From positions 1-39,708 of the IMG/VR virus record IMGVR_UViG_3300037692_000626: DNA of 39,708 nt. One strand, 5' to 3'. The position numbers and the translations under genes were made by a program. Source of the DNA: a virus (Duplodnaviria > Caudoviricetes). The notes below the pieces were generated by a model. That model was not told where the DNA came from, did not search any database, and worked only from the letters and a program-made list of their open reading frames with translations. This document shows, piece after piece, positions 32,928 to 39,708 of the stretch (the stretch's first letter is position 1; every line of letters starts with the position of its first letter).

Positions 32928-34427
32928 ATGCTGATCGACCACACGAACTACAGCACGACCCTGAAGCAGTCCACGAATGCGCGGGGTGCCTCCCCGAACG
33001 GCAACGTCTACTTCGACGTTGCGAACAACGAGGTCCAGTTGATCGGCGTCGACGAACTCGCCACGGTGGATTTCGGCGGCGGGCCGGTGACGAACCCCTT
33101 GAACAACACCGACCGCATTACGCTGCGCGCCCTCTACAACTTCGAGAACTCCCGACGCGTGGCTGACGAGACGCTGCGTCAGTACCTCCGGGCCACGAAG
33201 GGCAACTACCGGTTCGCCGGTGCGTATGCCTTCGGCAACGGCGTGAAGCTCGATGCGAACGACCGGAACAAGATCGGCAACTCCGGCTGGATCGAGTATG
33301 CGGCCACCGGTGATGGATGGACCGACATCGACCGGATCTTCCACGGTGTCGTCTCCTTGGTCGACGTGCAGGCCGGGACGGTCTCGTACTGGGCGCTCGT
33401 CACGGCGACGGATGAAGCCAGCCTGCAAGCCGCCACATGGGCGAACTTCGTCCGCTCGGGCGACATCAACGAGGCCGTGCAGGTCTTCGGGGATACCGCC
33501 AACGGCGACACGGGCGCGGGAGACTTCGATTATACGACCCGGATCCTTGTGGTGCGTGTCCGCTCCTGGGCCTACAACCCCGGCGAGACGACCTCGGTGC
33601 TCACGCAAATCTCCGAGTTCTCCGGATTCTCCGCCGGATACGGTGTCGGCGAGTCGCAAAATACCGCGAACACCTACGCCCTGGCCGATGTGTTCGGCGG
33701 AGCTGCGATCGCGCCGTGGACCGGGATGACGCTGGAAAAACTGGCTGTGCCGCAAACGGAAACGGGGTTCAACGAAGCGGACGGCGACTTCACCTGGGTG
33801 CTGCATAACACCGGAGGCGGAACGGTCAAGGAATGCGCGGCGTATCTCGACGCGCTCACGCTCCAGGCTGCGGACATTGACTCGGGGGCGGGCAGTTATT
33901 TCGGCAACAAGGGTCGCGTCTGGTACGCCAGGAATCCGGCGGGCAAGGTCGTAACCGCCTCCATCGGCGGCGACGGGCTGTTCATCGAGGGCCTTTCCAC
34001 CGCCGAGAAGCAGAACGTCATCATGACGGACGACGCCGGTGCCCAGAAGACCTACCCGTACTTCCCCGAGATCCAGATTGCCGTAGGAGCCGCGGCGATC
34101 GCCGACGCGAACGCCTTTTATCATATGTTCTACGTGGACGGGGCGGCGGGCGCTGATTTCGACACTGCAGGTGCGGTGCCGGTCAATGACTCCGCAGGTA
34201 ATCCGATAAAGGGAAATGTCGCGGCAGACCAGGTCGCAGGGAAAATATTAGCAGCCTACGCCTATGACACGAACACGCAGGCGGGGCTGGCCGCCGGCGT
34301 GGACAAGGACGTGGTCGTGATCGTGGAAGGCGACGGCGGCGCGGCGCAGGCGATCGCGTACTTCACCATCACGCGCACGGCGGTCGTCGCGGTGTCCTGC
34401 GCTCCTCCGGCCGACACGAACGCGTAA
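32928..34427 (+). CDS. Putative virion fibre-module protein (Gly/Ala/Thr/Asp-rich)
   Basis: SD GGAGG; 499 aa with strong codon bias; in the late operon. Confidence 0.65.
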   Translation: MLIDHTNYSTTLKQSTNARGASPNGNVYFDVANNEVQLIGVDELATVDFGGGPVTNPLNNTDRITLRALYNFENSRRVADETLRQYLRATKGNYRFAGAYAFGNGVKLDANDRNKIGNSGWIEYAATGDGWTDIDRIFHGVVSLVDVQAGTVSYWALVTATDEASLQAATWANFVRSGDINEAVQVFGDTANGDTGAGDFDYTTRILVVRVRSWAYNPGETTSVLTQISEFSGFSAGYGVGESQNTANTYALADVFGGAAIAPWTGMTLEKLAVPQTETGFNEADGDFTWVLHNTGGGTVKECAAYLDALTLQAADIDSGAGSYFGNKGRVWYARNPAGKVVTASIGGDGLFIEGLSTAEKQNVIMTDDAGAQKTYPYFPEIQIAVGAAAIADANAFYHMFYVDGAAGADFDTAGAVPVNDSAGNPIKGNVAADQVAGKILAAYAYDTNTQAGLAAGVDKDVVVIVEGDGGAAQAIAYFTITRTAVVAVSCAPPADTNA

Positions 34428-34439
34428 GGGGAAACCTGA

Positions 34440-35753
34440 ATGAGCGTCGCCGTACCGGTCGTCGATTCGTGGAACGGGGAAACCCGGAGGATCTTCCTGA
34501 AGCAGGGAGTCACCGGGTTCCACTGGATCGACGACATCTACAAGGAGTACCGCAACTGGCGGCGCACGGACGAGGCGTCCCGGAAGTGGGCTGCCCTCAT
34601 GTCCGCAGCGGGCAACAACCCGAAGGGCGGCGGAAAGTTCACGCCCCGGTACATCACGCTGCTGGACGGGGCGCGGGTCGTTCCTTATGACGAAAACATC
34701 CTGATCGTCGTGACCGGCGAGGCGATCACCGACAACGCGGACGTGGATCCCGATCCGTTCGACACCACGACGCGGACGCAGGCGCTGAAACTCTACATCA
34801 CCCCGCCATCGTCCGAGCTGGTCCGTGCGGAGGCGGAGATCGCCGCCGTTCAGCGGATGTCGTTCGACGGAATGGTGACGATCGACACGGTCAACGGGGT
34901 GGCCGGAACGGATGGACTGAAGGGCAACGGAGAGTTTCCGGTCAATAATTTCGCAGACGCGCTGCTGATTTTGCAGGAACGCGGACTCATGGAAATCATG
35001 GTCATCAACGATGCCACGCTGGATTCGGGGCTGGACTACTCGAACCTGGTCATCAGGGGGATGGGGCCTCTCCTGACTCGCCTGACCGTGTCGCCCGCCG
35101 CGAACGTCTCGGGCAGCCGGTTCAAGGACGCATCCGTGATGGGGACGCTGGACACGAACGCGTGGCTTGAGGACTGCGAGCTGGGAGATTTGAGCTACCT
35201 GGAGGGAAGGCTGATCCGGTGCGCGCTGGAGGGAGTTCTCACCCTGGGCGGAGACGGCGCCTTGCTCGTCGATTGCTACTCGACGCGGCTCGACCCGAGC
35301 GAGATCGGGATCATCGATATCAACGGCGCGCACAACGTCGCGATCCACAACTTCTCCGGGCACCTGAAGATCCGCAACATGACGGGAGGGTATGCGGGCA
35401 TTTCGTTCATCGGCAGCGGGAACCTCACGATCGAGGACACATGCACGGGCGGCATGATCCACGTGATGGGAAACGTGAAGCTCACGGATAACTCTGCGGG
35501 GGCGACGGTCCTTACGAACTACGTCACGTCGCCCGACGGGATTGCCGACGCGGTATGGAACCGCGCGACGGCAGAAGGGGCAGATACCTTCTCCAATCTT
35601 CTCCGGGGCATGGCGGCGGCCCTGTTCGGCAAATCTTCCGGAGGCGGTACCGCGACGGTCACGTTCCGGGACGTGAACGACGTGAAAGATCGGGTCGTGG
35701 CGACCGTGGATGTTAACAAGAACCGCACCAACGTGGTCATGGACCTGACGTAA
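34440..35753 (+). CDS. Putative fibre protein with central beta-helix-like region and C-terminal IADAVW...TFRD...NRT domain
   Basis: 437 aa; operon context; GNGEFPVNNFADAL preceding short beta repeats. Confidence 0.6.
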   Translation: MSVAVPVVDSWNGETRRIFLKQGVTGFHWIDDIYKEYRNWRRTDEASRKWAALMSAAGNNPKGGGKFTPRYITLLDGARVVPYDENILIVVTGEAITDNADVDPDPFDTTTRTQALKLYITPPSSELVRAEAEIAAVQRMSFDGMVTIDTVNGVAGTDGLKGNGEFPVNNFADALLILQERGLMEIMVINDATLDSGLDYSNLVIRGMGPLLTRLTVSPAANVSGSRFKDASVMGTLDTNAWLEDCELGDLSYLEGRLIRCALEGVLTLGGDGALLVDCYSTRLDPSEIGIIDINGAHNVAIHNFSGHLKIRNMTGGYAGISFIGSGNLTIEDTCTGGMIHVMGNVKLTDNSAGATVLTNYVTSPDGIADAVWNRATAEGADTFSNLLRGMAAALFGKSSGGGTATVTFRDVNDVKDRVVATVDVNKNRTNVVMDLT

Positions 35754-36031
35754 TGGCGGGCTTCGGATACTTCCCGGACGGTTATTGGGCGGATGGCTAT
35801 TGGCCCGAGGGGTACTGGCCTGGCGTGGGTACTTCGGTAGTTGTTGTTCCGCGCACCTATCAGGCATCGTGGCGCCGTCGCAGATTTGAAGCGATGACAA
35901 GGGCACGCGGCTACGTGGCGGTAGCAAGAATGCGGCGGCACGAGGCAGTAGAACACAGACGCAAGCATGAAGCGGAACCGAGAATGCGGCGGCACGAGGC
36001 AACCGAACGTAAGAGGAAATTTATTGCCTAA
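35753..36031 (+). CDS. Small protein with GY[F/W] repeats and 9-aa Arg-rich repeats
   Basis: TAATG overlap with the previous gene; identical 21-bp repeats at 35927-35947 and 35981-36001. Confidence 0.7.
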   Translation: MAGFGYFPDGYWADGYWPEGYWPGVGTSVVVVPRTYQASWRRRRFEAMTRARGYVAVARMRRHEAVEHRRKHEAEPRMRRHEATERKRKFIA

Positions 36032-36039
36032 GGTGGGGT

Positions 36040-36360
36040 ATGGGGATCATCTACGCAAATGAACCCTTCCAACCCGGGGAAAGGCCGATCTATGAGATCG
36101 CTTTCGTCCCCGGCAAGTCCATCGCCCAAGGGGACTCCCTCTCCGGGTCGCCCACGGCGACGGGGGTGCGAGTATCTGACGGTTCGGATGCCACGGAGAA
36201 GATCGTGCCGGGGTCCGTTCTTCGGGTCGCGAACTCCATCTTCTTCCAGTTGCAGGACGGCGTGGATGGTGAGGCCTATAAGTTTACCTTTCTTTACGCT
36301 ACGACAGGCGGGGAATCGAATATGCAGGAAGATTTCTTCATCAGGTGCCGTCAACTTTGA
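36040..36360 (+). CDS. Putative fibre-attachment adaptor protein
   Basis: QPGE...YEIAF...GDSL...LQDGVDGEAYKFTF..TTGG...QEDFFI pattern typical of small Ig-like adaptor proteins. Confidence 0.6.
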   Translation: MGIIYANEPFQPGERPIYEIAFVPGKSIAQGDSLSGSPTATGVRVSDGSDATEKIVPGSVLRVANSIFFQLQDGVDGEAYKFTFLYATTGGESNMQEDFFIRCRQL

Positions 36361-36381
36361 TCGCGCGGGGAGGATCGTCTG

Positions 36382-36867
36382 ATGCGGCCTGACTACATCG
36401 TGGTCCACCACTCGCTGACCGAGGACGGGCAGACCGTCGATTGGGAGGCGATCCGTCGGCACCACAGGGACACCAACGGGTGGACGGACATCGGGTACCA
36501 CCACGGACTCGAGCGCGTCAACGGGGCGATCGTCGCCCAGGTCGGCCGGCCGGAATTCATGCCGGGCGCCCACTGCAAGGAGGCCGGGATGAACGGCCGG
36601 TCGATCGGGATCTGCGTCGTGGGGAACTTCGACCTGGCGCCCCCGGACCTGGAAATGCTTCGGGCCCTTCGTGACCTGTGCATCGCGGTGATGGTCAATT
36701 ACCGGATCCCGGCGGGCCACATCATCGGGCACCGGGACGCGGGGTTGATGGCGGGGTTCGACTGGCGCAAGGCGGGCCCGACGGGGATCCCGCAGTTCAA
36801 GAGCTGCCCGGGGAAGCTGTTCCCGATGTCCTCGCTTCGGGATTTGCTGGCCGGGACGATCGCATGA
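36382..36867 (+). CDS. Endolysin, N-acetylmuramoyl-L-alanine amidase (Amidase_2)
   Basis: YIVVHHS, GWTDIGYH, GAHC...NGRSIGICVVGNFD, IIGHRD, KSCPG. Confidence 0.95.
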   Translation: MRPDYIVVHHSLTEDGQTVDWEAIRRHHRDTNGWTDIGYHHGLERVNGAIVAQVGRPEFMPGAHCKEAGMNGRSIGICVVGNFDLAPPDLEMLRALRDLCIAVMVNYRIPAGHIIGHRDAGLMAGFDWRKAGPTGIPQFKSCPGKLFPMSSLRDLLAGTIA

Positions 36868-36963
36868 GCAAGAAAACGACCGTCCGCGTCGAATCCCCCG
36901 GATTCCGCGGGGACTGGGAAGAATGGAAAGAACACGTCAGAAAACTCGATAGGGAGGGTGCAC

Positions 36964-37632
36964 ATGGAGAGGTGGAAGCTCGTCCTGTTTCTCGGGATTA
37001 TTCTCACGTTCGGGATTTCAAGTGGCGTGCGAGCCGAGACGAAAACGATGTCATGGGAGCCGGTAACCACGTACAACGACAACTCGAGCATCTCCGGCGC
37101 CGCCCTGCCCGTATCCTATGACGCCTGGTGGTCGACCTCCAGCTCGTTCACTTCGCCGCACATGCTGCTCACGAACGGGACGGCTAGTTCCGTTGCCTTC
37201 GACGTGGTGACGCAAAGCATGGTGCGCGGCACCACGATCTACTTCGGCGCCCGCGCGCGCACGGCGCTCGGGGAGACAAGCGTCGACGCCCCGCCGTACT
37301 CCTGGGCCGTCCCGAACCTTGGCCTCGTGAGTCTTTCGATCACCGCCGGGCCCGCGACCGTTAACGAAAGCAGCACGGCGACCTACACGGCGAAAGCGAC
37401 GTGGAGCGACGGATCCACGTCCACGGTCAGCGCCTCCTGGAGCGTTGCTCCAACGTCAAATTGCTCCATCAACAGTAGCGGGACGCTGACCACGGGGGCG
37501 GTCACCGCGGACCAGGCTCTCGTCATCACCGCATCCTTCACCGCCGACGGCATCACGAAATCCGCGACGAAGAATGTGACGCTCCTGAACTCGAACCGTC
37601 CGACCGCGCCGCGCGGATTGGGCATTAATTAA
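36964..37632 (+). CDS. Secreted protein: signal peptide, FN3-like domain, Ig-like (Big_2-type) domain
   Basis: MERWKLVLFLGIILTFGISSGVRA signal peptide; SLSITAGPATVNE..TATYTAKATWSDGST...SINSSGTLT. Confidence 0.8.
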   Translation: MERWKLVLFLGIILTFGISSGVRAETKTMSWEPVTTYNDNSSISGAALPVSYDAWWSTSSSFTSPHMLLTNGTASSVAFDVVTQSMVRGTTIYFGARARTALGETSVDAPPYSWAVPNLGLVSLSITAGPATVNESSTATYTAKATWSDGSTSTVSASWSVAPTSNCSINSSGTLTTGAVTADQALVITASFTADGITKSATKNVTLLNSNRPTAPRGLGIN

Positions 37633-37646
37633 CGCAAGGGAAAGCA

Positions 37647-38024
37647 ATGGTCATGAAGATGCGACTGCTGCTGTTGGGGGTCCTGCTGCTCGGAGGATGT
37701 AGTGGGGGGGGCGGCTCTCCCCCTGGCTCCTTTGGCAACGAAGTCCTTCATTGGGAGCAGCCGCCTCTCTTTGCCGATAACACGCCGATGGATGTTCGTC
37801 GGGAGGTCTCCCGCTGGGACATCTACTGCACCTTCTTTCCCTTCCCCTCGGACAACGATCTTGTCGCCAGCATCGCAACCCCCGACAACCTTTCGTTTAA
37901 TCTCGCCCTGCTGAGGGCGTACGGCATCGAGCCCGGACCGGACGGGCAGTTGATCTTCCTGAAATGCGTCGGCATCGACAATGAAGCATCGGACTTCTCC
38001 GCCCCGACGGAGTGGAGGAACTGA
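37647..38024 (+). CDS. Lipoprotein with FN3-like domain
   Basis: Lipobox LLGGC, Gly linker, LHWEQP..FADNT...WDIY...EASDFS. Confidence 0.8.
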   Translation: MVMKMRLLLLGVLLLGGCSGGGGSPPGSFGNEVLHWEQPPLFADNTPMDVRREVSRWDIYCTFFPFPSDNDLVASIATPDNLSFNLALLRAYGIEPGPDGQLIFLKCVGIDNEASDFSAPTEWRN

Positions 38025-38037
38025 AGGGAGTGGCGTG

Positions 38038-38373
38038 ATGCCCGAATGGCTGAATTGGCTGGTGAATGCCGATCGCTCGATGGTGGCGGTGACGGTCGCC
38101 CTGGTACAGCTCGTGAAGCTGGTCGTCCCGAGTCCGCCTGCGGAGATCCCCGGCGGCCTGCCCGATCGGTGGCAGGTCATCCCGCAGATGAAGTGGTTCC
38201 TGCCGCTGGCCGCGTTCCTGATCGGGATCTGTCTGTCGCTCCTGTTCTCCCCCCACGAAGGGCATACGGTGATCGCGCGGGTTCGAGCCGGGATCGAGAC
38301 CGGGGCGCTCGCGATCGCGGTCTGGGAGATCTACAAGCAGTGGATCCAGCCGATTTTCGCGGCGGGGGAGTGA
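38038..38373 (+). CDS. Probable holin (three hydrophobic segments)
   Basis: SMVAVTVALVQLVKLVV, WFLPLAAFLIGICLSLLF, GIETGALAIAVWEIYK; in the lysis cassette. Confidence 0.75.
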   Translation: MPEWLNWLVNADRSMVAVTVALVQLVKLVVPSPPAEIPGGLPDRWQVIPQMKWFLPLAAFLIGICLSLLFSPHEGHTVIARVRAGIETGALAIAVWEIYKQWIQPIFAAGE

Positions 38374-38380
38374 GGTAACC

Positions 38381-39160
38381 ATGTGGCAAAGGTTGCTCGA
38401 CTGGCTCAAGGGGAAAAAGCCCGCCGCAAGGCGCGCGGCGGAGACGCTGGAGGATCTGGCCCGGAAGGTGGAGGGGGAGATCGACGAGGCGCTGCCGGAC
38501 CGTGTCCGGGGTGTACGTACGCCGCGTGCCAGGTACCTCGTGATGATCCTGGTGCTAGCGATCTGTGCCGTTACCTACTGGCGGGGATGGCACGGTGGGC
38601 TGGTGAAACAGGCCTTGTCGCTCCTGCCGGTGGCCACCCAGGACGGCGGGACGGTGTACCAGGGGGATCAGGTCCCGGCGATCGCGAAGGCGGCGCAGAA
38701 GGGCAAGGCGCGCGCCAGGACGTCCATCCGTCCGGTGATCACCATCCCCGCCGAAGAACTCCCGGCGGAGGAACGCGGGAAGATCCCCGCGGTCGCGGCC
38801 GCAGCCGGCCCGGATAACGTCGTAAGGCCCCCCGAGCTGGCCACGACGGCCGTCGTGCCGCCTTCCCGCGGCGAGACCCATGTCAGGGCTTACGTCATGC
38901 CCTCCGGCGCGGTACAGGCCACGCTGGAGCTACAGAGGGAGCATTTCTGGGGATGGGCCTGGAAGCGGGTGGAGATCGAGGGGGAGTACGGTCTGGTCGG
39001 GAACACGACGGTCAAGGGACTCGCGCGGTGGCTTCCTCTGCGTGCCGGAAATCTGCACGCCGGCGTCGAGGGGTCCGTGGCCACGGAGCAAGGCGGGGTG
39101 ATCCGCGGCGAGGGGCTGGTGGTCATCCGGTACGAGCCGTTTCGGGATTCGTACCGCTGA
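38381..39160 (+). CDS. Membrane-anchored lysis-cassette protein, possible spanin-like
   Basis: One TM (YLVMILVLAICAVTYW), Pro/Ala-rich linker, C-terminal amphipathic beta strands. Confidence 0.55.
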   Translation: MWQRLLDWLKGKKPAARRAAETLEDLARKVEGEIDEALPDRVRGVRTPRARYLVMILVLAICAVTYWRGWHGGLVKQALSLLPVATQDGGTVYQGDQVPAIAKAAQKGKARARTSIRPVITIPAEELPAEERGKIPAVAAAAGPDNVVRPPELATTAVVPPSRGETHVRAYVMPSGAVQATLELQREHFWGWAWKRVEIEGEYGLVGNTTVKGLARWLPLRAGNLHAGVEGSVATEQGGVIRGEGLVVIRYEPFRDSYR

Positions 39161-39161
39161 A

Positions 39162-39494
39162 ATGGCTGCTCGAAAGGGAGTCCTCGACAAGACCCGGGCG
39201 CTCCGGATGCACGCAAAGAGACAGGCGCTCCTGCGGTACGGCATCGAGCTCTCCGACGACGAGCTGCGCCACGTGGCCAATCTGGTCCGCCGGGGGGAGG
39301 GGCTTTTCGTCTCGAGGAAATCATTGAGAGTCAGCTGCTGGAGGGTGTTCCTCGAGGGCCGGGAGATGGTCGTGCTCTACGATAGGCAACGATCGGCGAT
39401 CGTCACGTTCCTGCCTCTGGACTGCTGGGAGATGCGGCAGGGGAACTGTCCATTTGGAAGTCATTCACGGCCGCAGGATGGGGCTGCTTTATAG
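39162..39494 (+). CDS. Hypothetical protein with BECR/RelE-like signature
   Basis: HAKRQALLRYG helix and C-terminal VVLYD...IVTFLP. Confidence 0.55.
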   Translation: MAARKGVLDKTRALRMHAKRQALLRYGIELSDDELRHVANLVRRGEGLFVSRKSLRVSCWRVFLEGREMVVLYDRQRSAIVTFLPLDCWEMRQGNCPFGSHSRPQDGAAL

Positions 39495-39642
39495 GCGTTT
39501 GACGAGCTTATAACGGCCCCTTAAATATCACGTTTCAGCCTTCCAAAGCGTACGCTATAATTGCGTCATCACATCGCGGGTGTTTTTTTCATTAATGTCG
39601 AGTGATACGGTAGGGTTTCGGTATTCACCGCTGGTGGGGGAC

Positions 39643-39693
39643 AAAAATCTCAAACTGGCTGTCCAAAAATCTCAAACTAGGTGTCGCGTTATA
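39643..39693 (-). repeat. Right end (attR): tandem transposase-binding sites R2 (39643-39663) and R1 (39665-39679); terminus at 39693
   Basis: AAAAATCTCAAACT repeated 22 bp apart, inverted relative to L1-L3. Confidence 0.85.
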
Positions 39694-39708
39694 GCCGCTC
39701 GGGGTGCT

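Larger units (their letters stand above)
77..39693. mobile_element. Complete Mu-like transposable phage genome (B3/BcepMu-type gene order, siphovirus-type tail)
   Basis: DDE transposase, MuB-like ATPase, Gam, GemA, Mor, Mu gp28/gp29/gpF/gpG/gp36-like genes. Inverted transposase-binding repeats at both ends, each first site 14 bp inside a TAT terminus. Confidence 0.93.

Noticed and set aside
31347-34124. 925-aa minus-strand ORF and other long antisense ORFs (e.g. 20849-22570, 28864-30294, 18062-19528)
   Set aside because: Antisense shadows of high-GC3 genes; no motifs or SDs.
27132-36360. Diversity-generating retroelement or Gin-type invertible tail cassette
   Set aside because: No reverse transcriptase, no serine or tyrosine recombinase, and no TR/VR pair or flanking inverted repeats seen.
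39499-39561. Outward-facing promoter near the right end (TTGACG at 39499, TATAAT at 39556)
   Set aside because: The two hexamers are not correctly spaced and neither has a convincing partner; unsupported without TSS data.

Overview
The window holds an apparently complete 39.6-kb transposable (Mu-like) temperate phage genome, inferred ends 77 and 39693, with short host flanks. Its layout is the two-divergent-block type of B3/BcepMu. A leftward early/middle arm runs from a Ner-like regulator through DDE transposase, MuB-like ATPase, Gam, GemA, ThyX, a D12-class adenine methyltransferase and DUF4031 to a Mor/C-family activator at the left end. A rightward repressor and lipoprotein follow. A leftward packaging block encodes TerS, TerL, portal, MuF and gpG, and a rightward block encodes head, siphovirus-type tail (no sheath), accessory fibre-like proteins and lysis genes. 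Most notable: (1) MuF carries a C-terminal BECR/PBECR2-like nuclease-fold extension followed, instead of by an immunity ORF, by a 97-nt cloverleaf-like RNA with a predicted loop-loop pseudoknot; (2) the methyltransferase has a switch-like leader overlapped by a predicted cis-antisense sRNA with its own promoter; (3) the termini read TAT...ATA rather than TG...CA, with non-matching CGG-centred flanks; (4) a nested palindrome forms the bidirectional late promoter region; (5) thyX in a transposable phage; (6) an uncharacterised five-gene fibre-like module and an atypical lysis cassette. Family assignments come from motif recognition by eye, not database searches.
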